Made by a program: the position numbers and the translations under genes. Positions 54,838-61,931 of a stretch of 64,000 bases of DNA are shown piece after piece (within the stretch, counting starts at the first letter, position 1; every line of letters starts with the position of its first letter). The stretch covers positions 8,963 to 72,962 of the forward strand of contig JALHND010000003.1 of the NCBI GenBank assembly GCA_022843705.1. The letters are read 5' to 3'. This DNA comes from Burkholderiales bacterium. Lineage in GTDB: Bacteria > Pseudomonadota > Gammaproteobacteria > Burkholderiales > SG8-41. The notes beneath the pieces were generated by a model that saw nothing but the letters and a program-made list of their open reading frames with translations, had not been told where the DNA came from and ran no database searches.

Positions 54838-55278
54838 ATGCGCGTTCCGGCCTGGAGCCTGCTGTGTGCCGCGACGGCTGCCTGTGCCGTGGCGGCGCCG
54901 CAGGCTCTTGTTCCGTACCGGATCGACGGTGATGCGATCCCCGCGCCGCTGTCGGCGCAGCCGGGTGATCCGCTGCGGGGCCGCGACATCATCGCCGGGC
55001 GCGACGCCAACTGCCTGCTCTGCCATGCGGTGCCCGAAACCGGGCGGCGTTTCATGGGCAATATCGCGCCGCCGCTGTCCGGCATCGGTGCGCGGCTGTC
55101 GGCGGCCCAGCTGCGGCTGCGCATTGTTGACCAGTCGCGTTTGAACCCGGAGACCGTGATGCCGTCCTACTACAAGCTTGAGGGCCTGAACCGGGTGGCC
55201 GCGGCTTACCGCGGCAAACCGGTGCTCAGTGCCGCACAGATCGAAGACGTGGTCGCTTACCTGCAAACCCTGAAATAA
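54838..55278 (+). CDS. soxX: SoxX-like monohaem c-type cytochrome
   Basis: 146 aa with a signal peptide, the single CLLCH haem site in the context GRDANCLLCHAVPE, MPSYYK, and a C-terminal AAQIEDVVAYLQTLK typical of SoxX. Confidence 0.75.
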   Translation: MRVPAWSLLCAATAACAVAAPQALVPYRIDGDAIPAPLSAQPGDPLRGRDIIAGRDANCLLCHAVPETGRRFMGNIAPPLSGIGARLSAAQLRLRIVDQSRLNPETVMPSYYKLEGLNRVAAAYRGKPVLSAAQIEDVVAYLQTLK

Positions 55279-55285
55279 TCCGCTG

Positions 55286-55735
55286 ATGCCTGACCGCCGC
55301 CGATTCCTGTTGACCAGCACCGCGCTAGCCGGCGGCCTGCTGTGTGCGCGTCTGGCGGCTGCCCAGCAGAATCCGCAGCGTGCAGCGCTGTTGCGTGAAG
55401 TGACCGGCGGTGCGCCGGTCAACGCCGGCCGGGTCACCGTCGATACGCCGCCGCTGGCCGACAACGGCCATTCGGTGGCAGTACGGGTGATGGTCGACAG
55501 CCCGATGACGGCGCAGGATCACGTCCGCCGCATCACGCTGCTCGCCGAGCGCAATCCGCGGCCGGTGGTCGCGAGTTTCACGCTGGGCCCGCACTCCGGC
55601 AAGGCGGAAATCGCCACCCGCATCCGGCTTGCCGACATCCAGGACGTGCTGGCGCTGGCGCAGTTGTCCGACGGCAGTTGGTGGATGGGCGGCGCGCATG
55701 TTGTCGTCACCGAACTGGCCTGCCTGGAGGGTTGA
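55286..55735 (+). CDS. SoxY-related carrier protein with non-canonical C-terminal arm (...VVVTELACLEG)
   Basis: 149 aa, Tat signal DRRRFLLTSTALAGGLL, SoxY-like Ig-fold blocks (PPLADNGHSVAVRV, ITLLAERNPRPVVASF). The C-terminus carries a single Cys in ACLEG instead of GGCGG. Confidence 0.75.
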   Translation: MPDRRRFLLTSTALAGGLLCARLAAAQQNPQRAALLREVTGGAPVNAGRVTVDTPPLADNGHSVAVRVMVDSPMTAQDHVRRITLLAERNPRPVVASFTLGPHSGKAEIATRIRLADIQDVLALAQLSDGSWWMGGAHVVVTELACLEG

Positions 55736-55736
55736 G

Positions 55737-56060
55737 ATGCTGTCCCGCGTACAGGTGCCGGCCAACGCGCGACGCGGCGAGATTGTCCAGGTGCGCATCG
55801 CCATCCAGCATCCGATGGAGACTGGTTACCGGCCCGACAATTTTGGCCGGCGCATTCCGAAAAACGTGATCAATACACTGATCTGCCGCTACAACGGCAG
55901 CGAGGTGTTCAGGGCAGAGATGGGTTCGGGCATTGCCGCGAATCCGCTGCTGCAGTTTCCGGTGCGGGTGCAGGAGAGCGGGGAATTCGTGTTCGAGTGG
56001 CGCGATGATTCGGGCGAACGCGGCGAGTCGCGCGCGGTCATCACCGTGAGCGCGGACTGA
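55737..56060 (+). CDS. soxZ: Thiosulfate-oxidation carrier complex protein SoxZ
   Basis: Track ORF 55629..56060 trimmed to MLSRVQVPANARRGEIVQVRIAIQHPMETGYRPDNFGRRIPKNVINTLICRYNGSEVF (ATG 55737, 1 nt after the soxY-like stop). Confidence 0.8.
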   Translation: MLSRVQVPANARRGEIVQVRIAIQHPMETGYRPDNFGRRIPKNVINTLICRYNGSEVFRAEMGSGIAANPLLQFPVRVQESGEFVFEWRDDSGERGESRAVITVSAD

Positions 56061-56062
56061 AA

Positions 56063-56094
56063 TCAGGCCGGCCGTGTGACGCGGCAGCCGGCCT
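56063..56094. terminator. GC-rich hairpin between convergent soxZ and small ORF
   Basis: CAGGCCGGC-N14-GCCGGCCTG, a 9-bp perfect stem. No clear U-tract on either side, so it may act as a bidirectional terminator or RNA-stability element. Confidence 0.45.
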
Positions 56095-56133
56095 GAAGTT
56101 GCCGGGGATCATTGCAGCCCGGCGCGATGCCGC

Positions 56134-56295
56134 TTACTTCTTGGCCTTGCAGCGCTCGTGATCCGGCGTTTTTTTGCAGTCGACGGGTTTTTCCGCGGAT
56201 TGTTGCTGCGTCACGGCATGGGCCGTACCCATGGCGAACACCAGTGCGGCGGCAACGGGAGCGAGGAATTTGCGGACAGTGTTTTGCATGGACAT
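56134..56295 (-). CDS. Small secreted Lys-rich two-cysteine peptide (hypothetical)
   Basis: Track ORF 56134..56451 trimmed to MSMQNTVRKFLAPVAAALVFAMGTAHA-VTQQQSAEKPVDCKKTPDHERCKAKK (53 aa). AGGAG lies 6 nt upstream of the ATG, the signal peptide is clean, and it has its own sigma54-type promoter. Confidence 0.45.
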   Translation of the reverse strand: MSMQNTVRKFLAPVAAALVFAMGTAHAVTQQQSAEKPVDCKKTPDHERCKAKK

Positions 56296-56351
56296 GTAGT
56301 ACTCCTGTGTAGTCAGAGAAAAACAGGCCGGACGACCTGTGCAGGGAACAA

Positions 56352-56367
56352 TGCGGATTCCGTGCCA
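56352..56367 (-). promoter_or_regulatory. sigma54 (-24/-12)-type promoter upstream of the small peptide gene
   Basis: Minus strand TGGCACGGAATCCGCAT (GG-N10-GC exact), about 60 nt upstream of the ATG at 56295. Confidence 0.5.
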
Positions 56368-56375
56368 CGTCATAT

Positions 56376-56400
56376 TTATCAATAAAATCAAATACTTATG
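56376..56400. promoter_or_regulatory. AT-rich IHF-consensus motif, copy B
   Basis: TTATCAATAAAATCAAATACTTATG contains AATCAAATACTTA = WATCAANNNNTTR. Centre is about 25-30 nt upstream of the -24 element, the classical IHF position in sigma54 promoters. Confidence 0.5.
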
Positions 56401-56474
56401 ATTTATCTGCAAGGGCGATGCTGTCGGCCGGGGGCGACGGAAGGAGAACACATATCGTCAAGCCTTTGAAATTC

Positions 56475-57266
56475 ATGGGAGTTCCCGGGTCGTTGATCCG
56501 CAACACTGCGGCGCTGTGCCTGTTGTTGCTGCCGCTGCAAACCACCGTGTTTGCGCAAACGCCGGCGGCCCCGCCGCGTTCCGGCATCGAATTCGCCGGT
56601 GCCGACGTGCGCGCGCTGCAGGCCGACGATTTCGCCAATCCCGGCATGTTGTGGGTCGCGCGCGGCGAAAAACTCTGGAACACGCCGGCCGGGCGCGGTG
56701 TTCAGTCCTGTGCAAGTTGTCATGGCGATGCGGCTCCCAGCATGAAAGGTGTCGCCGCGCGTTACCCGCGTGTCGATGCGGCGACCTCGAAAGTGGTCAA
56801 TCTCGAAGGACGCATCAACCGCTGCCGCACCGGGCGGCAGCAGGCCGGTCCGCTGCGTTACGAATCGGAAGAACTGCTGGCATTGACTGCCTACGTCGCG
56901 CACCAGTCGCGCGGCCAGCCCTTGCAGCCGGCGGCGAAGGAAGAGCAGGCTGCGCTGCAACGCGGCCGCGAAATCTTTCACCGGCGCCAGGGCCAGATGA
57001 ACCTGGCCTGCATCCACTGCCATGTGCAGAACGCCGGCCGCAAACTGCTGGCCGACACCATCAGCGAAGGCCACGGCAATGCCTATCCGGTTTACCGGCT
57101 GGAATGGCAATCCGTCGGCTCGTTGCAGCGGCGGCTGCGCGCCTGTTATTTCGGCGTGCGCGCCGAACAGCCGGCCTTCGGTACTGACGAGCTGCTCGAT
57201 CTCGAGCTGTATCTGGCGCGCCGTGGCGCAGGGCTGGCGATCGAGACACCGGGCGTCCGGCGCTAG
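56475..57266 (+). CDS. soxA: Dihaem c-type cytochrome SoxA
   Basis: Haem sites CASCH and CIHCH, conserved distal Cys in LQRRLRACYFGVRAEQ, signal peptide MGVPGSLIRNTAALCLLLLPLQTTVFA-QT. An alternative upstream ATG exists at 56418. Confidence 0.85.
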   Translation: MGVPGSLIRNTAALCLLLLPLQTTVFAQTPAAPPRSGIEFAGADVRALQADDFANPGMLWVARGEKLWNTPAGRGVQSCASCHGDAAPSMKGVAARYPRVDAATSKVVNLEGRINRCRTGRQQAGPLRYESEELLALTAYVAHQSRGQPLQPAAKEEQAALQRGREIFHRRQGQMNLACIHCHVQNAGRKLLADTISEGHGNAYPVYRLEWQSVGSLQRRLRACYFGVRAEQPAFGTDELLDLELYLARRGAGLAIETPGVRR

Positions 57267-57368
57267 TGTTTTGCGTCGTCATGACACGCTGAATTTACAG
57301 CCTTGACTCTCCACGGGGTGCGGCGCAACCTGATCCGCGCAGCACAACCAAACTGGGGGAGACAATAA

Positions 57369-57983
57369 ATGAAACGCAGAGCGTTCTGCAGTACGGCAGC
57401 CCTGTTGCTGGTTGCCGCAAGCCTGAGCGGATGTGCGCACAGGGGATCGGACTGGGTCACGCTGATCGACGGTGAAAAGGGGCTCGACAACTTCAACCGC
57501 ATCGGCGACGTCAACTGGCGGGCCGAGGGCGGTGCGATCGTCGGTGACAAGGGCAAGGGCGGGCACCTGGTGACGAAAAACTCGTACACCGATTTCGAGA
57601 TCTACGCCGAGTTCTGGGCTGACACCACCACCAACAGCGGCATTTTTGTCCGCGCCTCGGATCCGAAAAAAATCGGCGCCGACAGCGCCTACGAAGTGAA
57701 CATCTACGACCAGCGTCCCGGCCCGGAGTACGCCACCGGTGCCATCGTCGGTTTCGCGCGGACACCGGTCCCGAGTCCATACAAGGCCGGCGGCAGGTGG
57801 AACAATTTCGAGATCTACGTCAAGGGCACGGAAATCACCGTCAAGTTCAACGGCACGGTGACGGTCCACCTGCAGGACAGCAAGTTCGCCTCGGGGCCGT
57901 TTTCCTTGCAGTTCGGCAACGGGCCCAAGGATGCACCGGGCGGCGCGATCAAGTGGCGCAAGCTGCAGGTTCGCACGCTGTAG
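57369..57983 (+). CDS. DUF1080 (3-keto-disaccharide hydrolase-like) lipoprotein
   Basis: 204 aa, lipobox LSGC. WRAEGGAIVG, NSYTDFEIYAEFW...NSGIFVR and GPFSLQ blocks typical of DUF1080. Confidence 0.8.
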   Translation: MKRRAFCSTAALLLVAASLSGCAHRGSDWVTLIDGEKGLDNFNRIGDVNWRAEGGAIVGDKGKGGHLVTKNSYTDFEIYAEFWADTTTNSGIFVRASDPKKIGADSAYEVNIYDQRPGPEYATGAIVGFARTPVPSPYKAGGRWNNFEIYVKGTEITVKFNGTVTVHLQDSKFASGPFSLQFGNGPKDAPGGAIKWRKLQVRTL

Positions 57984-58003
57984 CGCCGCAACACCCGACA
58001 GTG

Positions 58004-58037
58004 CGCCGGACCGGGTCCTCCCGGTCCGGCGTTTTTT
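58004..58037 (+). terminator. Rho-independent terminator after the DUF1080 gene
   Basis: CGCCGGACCGGG-tcct-CCCGGTCCGGCG (perfect 12-bp stem) followed by TTTTTT. Confidence 0.85.
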
Positions 58038-58051
58038 ATTCCGCTTTCCGC

Positions 58052-59938
58052 TCAGAGCTCGATGCGCGTGCCCAGTTCGATCACGCGGTTCGCCGGCAGG
58101 TGGAAATACTCGACCACGCTGCTGGCGTTGCGTGCCATCGCCGCGAACAGACGCTCGCGCCACAGCGCCATGCCGTCCTCGCCGCCGGCCACCGGCACCA
58201 GCGTTTCGCGGCTGAGGAAAAACGAGGTCTCCATCATCTCGAACTCGAGCCCGTGCTGACGGCACAGCTCCAGCGCCTGCGGCACGTCGGTGCGGTTCTT
58301 GAAGCCGAAATGCAGGCGCACCCGCCAGCAGCCGTTGCCCAGCGACTCGACCGCGACCCGTTCTCCGAAGGGAATCCAGGGCACGTCAGCCACCGTCACT
58401 GTCAGCAGCACCACGCGTTCATGCAGCACCTTGTTGTGCGACAGGTTGTGCAGCAGGGCATGTGGCACTGCATTGCCGTCGGCGACCATGAACACCGCAG
58501 TGCCGGGCACGCGGTGCGGCGGGAACTGCAGCAGTGACTTGAAGAAATCCTCCACCGGAATCGCCGAGGCGCGCAGGCGGTCGGCAAGGATGCGGCGGCC
58601 GCGGCGCCAGGTCAGCATCAGCACCAGCATCATCGAACCCAGCGCCAGCGGGAACCAGCCGCCGCCGGCGACCTTGAGCAGGCTCGACGAGAAGAAGGCG
58701 AGATCGACGACGATGAAAAATCCGGTGGCGGCGATGCACAGCGCGAGGTTGTAACCCCAGTGGTAACGGATCACGAAAAAGGTGAGGAAGGTCGTCGCCA
58801 GCATGGTGCCGGTGACGGCGACGCCGTAGGCCGAGGCGAGCTCCGATGACGAGCCGAAGCCGAGCACCGCGGCGATCACCACCGCAAGCAGGATCCAGTT
58901 GACCGCCGGCATGTAGATCTGGCCGGCTTCCCTGGCCGAAGTCTGCAGCACGCTCATCCGCGGCAGGTAACCGAGCTGGATCGCCTGCCGCGTCAGCGAA
59001 TAGGCGCCGGAGATCGTCGCCTGCGAGGCGATCACGGTGGCCGCGGTGGCGAGCATCACCATCGGGTACAGCGCCCAGTCCGGATAGAGCAGGTAGAAGG
59101 GATTGCTGACTGCCGACGGTTCGGTCAGCAGCAGCGCGCCCTGGCCGAGATAGTTCAGCGCCAGCGCCGGGAACACCAGGCCGAACCAGGCGCTGCGGAT
59201 CGCCTGCTTGCCGAAATGGCCCATGTCCGCGTACAGCGCCTCGGCGCCGGTGAAGGCCAGCAGCACCGCGCCCAGCACGACGAAGGACGCGAAGCCGTGG
59301 CCGGTGACGAAATGGAAGGCGTGGGTCGGGTCCAGCGCCTGCAGGATTTCCGGCGCGCGCGAGATGCCCTGCAGGCCCGCCGCGCCGAGCGCGAGGAACC
59401 AGAGGATCACGATCGGGCCGAACAGCGCGCCGACACGCGCGGTGCCGAAACGCTGGAAGGAAAACAGGCCGATCAGCACGCCGCAGGCGATCGGCAGCAC
59501 ATAGGGTTTGAAGGCGGAGGTGCCGATTTCCAGGCCCTCGACCGCAGACAGCACCGAGATCGCCGGGGTCAGCACCGCGTCGCCGTAGAACAGCGCCGCG
59601 CCGGCCAGTCCGGCGAAGAGGATCGCCGCGTACTGCCGGGGATGGTTTTTGCAGGCCGAGGAGGCCAGCGCCAGCAGCGCCATGATGCCGCCCTCGCCCT
59701 TGTTGTGGGCGCGCATGATGAGGACGACGTACTTGAGCGAGACCACCAGCATCAGCGCCCACAGGATGGCCGAGATGCCGCCGAGGATGGTGCCGGTCTG
59801 CAGGGGGATGGCGTGACCGGGAGCGAAGGTTTCTTTCACCGCGTAGAGCGGGCTGGTGCCGATGTCGCCGTAGACGATGCCGAGGGCGGCGAGGGTCAGT
59901 GCGGCGCGGGATTCCTTGAAACGCGGGTCGGTATCCAT
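58052..59938 (-). CDS. kup: Potassium uptake protein Kup
   Basis: 628 aa, LAALGIVYGDIGTSPLYA N-terminal signature, 12 TM plus a cytoplasmic C-domain. Confidence 0.95.
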   Translation of the reverse strand: MDTDPRFKESRAALTLAALGIVYGDIGTSPLYAVKETFAPGHAIPLQTGTILGGISAILWALMLVVSLKYVVLIMRAHNKGEGGIMALLALASSACKNHPRQYAAILFAGLAGAALFYGDAVLTPAISVLSAVEGLEIGTSAFKPYVLPIACGVLIGLFSFQRFGTARVGALFGPIVILWFLALGAAGLQGISRAPEILQALDPTHAFHFVTGHGFASFVVLGAVLLAFTGAEALYADMGHFGKQAIRSAWFGLVFPALALNYLGQGALLLTEPSAVSNPFYLLYPDWALYPMVMLATAATVIASQATISGAYSLTRQAIQLGYLPRMSVLQTSAREAGQIYMPAVNWILLAVVIAAVLGFGSSSELASAYGVAVTGTMLATTFLTFFVIRYHWGYNLALCIAATGFFIVVDLAFFSSSLLKVAGGGWFPLALGSMMLVLMLTWRRGRRILADRLRASAIPVEDFFKSLLQFPPHRVPGTAVFMVADGNAVPHALLHNLSHNKVLHERVVLLTVTVADVPWIPFGERVAVESLGNGCWRVRLHFGFKNRTDVPQALELCRQHGLEFEMMETSFFLSRETLVPVAGGEDGMALWRERLFAAMARNASSVVEYFHLPANRVIELGTRIEL

Positions 59939-60048
59939 ACCGGCCTCCTTTCCTGTGGTGGAGGAGGCTGGGGATTGTCATGCTGCGCCGCACAAAATAC
60001 AAGTGAGCTAGCGCACACTGACTTTATGAAAAGGGTGAAATCATAAAA

Positions 60049-60073
60049 ATATCAATATAATCAAGTACTTATG
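60049..60073. repeat. AT-rich IHF-consensus motif, copy C
   Basis: ATATCAATATAATCAAGTACTTATG, 22/25 identical to copy B. Lies about 110-135 nt upstream of the kup ATG. Confidence 0.5.
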
Positions 60074-60144
60074 TAAATCCATAGAGTGGCGCTTGCGCCA
60101 CAGCAGCGATCGCCAGCCTGTCCGGGCTTGCAGGTATGTGCGCT

Positions 60145-60702
60145 TCAGGTCGCCGGCGCACCCGGGGCTGCGGAGGCCATGCGCGCGAAGTTTTCGTAGA
60201 GTCCCCAGTCGAGAGGGTGGGCGACCAGCGTTTGCGGATGCCACATCCGCCGCGGCAGCCGGAAGATGTCGCCGCCGTAGACATGCAGGCCGATGGCCGG
60301 CTCGCTGCCGATGCACTCAGCGACATGTGCCGTCTCTTCGCGCATGTTGAGGATGGAACCCCGCGTCAGCGTGACCTCGCTCGCCCGCCGCAGCGCGCCG
60401 CCGTCGGTGCGGTAGAGCGTGTTTTTCTCCCCGCCCGACAGCAGCAGGATCGAGGCCCAGGTGCCGTGGTCATGCGGTGGCGTGCGCCGGCCGGCGGGGA
60501 AACGCACCTTCAGCAGCGTCAGGTCCGGCGCGCGGTAGAACACCTGGTTGGCGTTGCCGCCGGTACCGGGAATGTAGTCCAGCGCCTGCTCGATCTCGTC
60601 CACGCGTTTTCTCAGGCTCTCCAGCAGCTCGCGCATCGCGGCCAGCGGGTCGGCGCTGTCGCGGGCGTTGGCGCAGAGGGTGACTAGATCGTGGGGTTTC
60701 AT
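60145..60702 (-). CDS. Cupin / cysteine-dioxygenase-like double-stranded beta-helix protein
   Basis: 185 aa, metal-site pattern PPHDHGTWASILLLSG...ETAHVAE. Confidence 0.7.
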   Translation of the reverse strand: MKPHDLVTLCANARDSADPLAAMRELLESLRKRVDEIEQALDYIPGTGGNANQVFYRAPDLTLLKVRFPAGRRTPPHDHGTWASILLLSGGEKNTLYRTDGGALRRASEVTLTRGSILNMREETAHVAECIGSEPAIGLHVYGGDIFRLPRRMWHPQTLVAHPLDWGLYENFARMASAAPGAPAT

Positions 60703-60758
60703 CGAGTGCCTTGATTTCGATTATTCACGGAAACCCAGCTTTCACAAAAACCTTGCGT

Positions 60759-60780
60759 TCGCCGGCCCGAAAGCCGGCGA
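60759..60780 (-). terminator. Hairpin after korB
   Basis: TCGCCGGC-N6-GCCGGCGA, 5 nt past the korB stop. The U-run is displaced (GGTTTTTG 9 nt later), so support is weak. Confidence 0.35.
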
Positions 60781-60784
60781 GCGA

Positions 60785-61840
60785 TCAGCGCAAGCCGGCG
60801 TTGATCTTTTCCAGCGCAGCCGAACCCGGGCAGAGATCCCGGGTGCCGAGCTGGTTCAGCGGGGTGGGCACGGTGTTGATGTACTGGTGCAGGTCTGCGG
60901 CTTCGGGCGAGAGGTAGAGCAGGCCGGTGACGATTTCGCCGGCGGCAGCGCGTTCCTGCACGTAGTTCATTGCCTTGATGCGGTCGGTCGGATCGTAGTC
61001 GACGGCGAGTTTGCGCAGCTTGAGAATCGAGCCGTCGTGCTGGGTGATGTTGACCAGTTCGCCCGGTTCGTAGTCGGCGGTGATTTCCTCGCGGCCTTCG
61101 ATGAAGTCGAGGCGGTTGACCGCGGCGTTGTGCTGGCGCACGTATTCGTAGGACTTGGTCGAGCCTTCGTGGTTGTTGAAGGCGACGCAGGGCGAGATGA
61201 CGTCGATGAAGGACGGGCCGGGGTGTTTGATCGCGGCCTTGATCAGCGGCACCAGCTGTTTTTTGTCGCCGGAGAAGGCGCGGGCGACGAAGGTCGCGCG
61301 CAGCAGCAGCGCCATGCCGACCAGGTCCACCGGCTCGTCGGGATTCAGCACGCCGCGCTTGGATTTCGAGCCCTTGGTCGCGGTGGCGGAGAACTGGCCC
61401 TTGGTCAGGCCGTAGACGCCGTTGTTCTCGACGATGTAGACCATGTTGACGCCGCGGCGGATGCAGTGCGCGAACTGGCCGAGTCCGATCGAGGCCGAGT
61501 CGCCGTCGCCGGAAACGCCGAGGTACAGCAGTTCGCGGTTGGCGAGGTTGGCGCCGGTCAGCACCGAGGGCATGCGGCCGTGCACGCTGTTGAAGCCGTG
61601 CGAATTGCCGAGGAAATAGTCCGGGGTTTTCGAGGAGCAGCCGATGCCCGAGAGTTTGGCGACGCGGTGCGGCTGGATGTCGAGTTCCCAGCAGGACTGG
61701 ATGATCGCCGCCGAGATCGAGTCGTGGCCGCAGCCGGCGCAGAGCGTCGAGATCTTGCCCTCGTAGTCGCGGCGGGTGTAGCCGGCGGCATTGGGGGCGA
61801 GCGATGGGTGGTGCAGCTTGGGTTTGGCGATGTAGGTCAT
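60785..61840 (-). CDS. korB: 2-oxoacid (2-oxoglutarate):ferredoxin oxidoreductase beta subunit
   Basis: 351 aa with the Cys motif STLCAGCGHDS and TPP-binding GDGDSASIG...NNGVYGLTKGQ. Confidence 0.9.
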   Translation of the reverse strand: MTYIAKPKLHHPSLAPNAAGYTRRDYEGKISTLCAGCGHDSISAAIIQSCWELDIQPHRVAKLSGIGCSSKTPDYFLGNSHGFNSVHGRMPSVLTGANLANRELLYLGVSGDGDSASIGLGQFAHCIRRGVNMVYIVENNGVYGLTKGQFSATATKGSKSKRGVLNPDEPVDLVGMALLLRATFVARAFSGDKKQLVPLIKAAIKHPGPSFIDVISPCVAFNNHEGSTKSYEYVRQHNAAVNRLDFIEGREEITADYEPGELVNITQHDGSILKLRKLAVDYDPTDRIKAMNYVQERAAAGEIVTGLLYLSPEAADLHQYINTVPTPLNQLGTRDLCPGSAALEKINAGLR

Positions 61841-61854
61841 TTTTTAAACTCGTT

Positions 61855-61886
61855 AGGAGTGAGGGGTGAGAAGTGAGGGGTGAGAA
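61855..61886. repeat. GTGAGG-type repeat, copy 3 (single arm) in the korA-korB spacer
   Basis: aggagtgaggggtgagaagtgaggggtgagaa, two 11-nt units of the same GTGAGG motif. Confidence 0.65.
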
Positions 61887-61931
61887 AACCCGAAGGCCAC
61901 CCAATCTTCATTTCGCAATCCTTTATCCTGA

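Noticed and set aside
56418-56474. Longer SoxA starting at ATG 56418
   Set aside because: The extension (MLSAGGDGRRTHIVKPLKF) would put 19 extra residues before an otherwise well-formed Sec signal peptide, and it overlaps the upstream region of the divergent sigma54 promoter. It is kept as an alternative start only, because neither ATG has a good Shine-Dalgarno.
36003-60073. Inverted orientation of AT-rich motif copy A against copies B and C, as possible terminal inverted repeats of a 20-24 kb mobile element
   Set aside because: The interior consists of core housekeeping genes (ndh, mpl, aroE, mtgA, icd) with no transposase, integrase or flanking target duplication. The motif matches the IHF consensus, so dispersed regulatory or architectural sites are the simpler reading.
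59939-60144. Riboswitch (for example a c-di-AMP class) in the 206-nt kup upstream region
   Set aside because: I see only the AT-rich IHF-like motif and a short GTGGCG/CGCCAC hairpin that probably terminates the cupin gene. No recognisable riboswitch core is present, and such elements are not expected upstream of proteobacterial kup.
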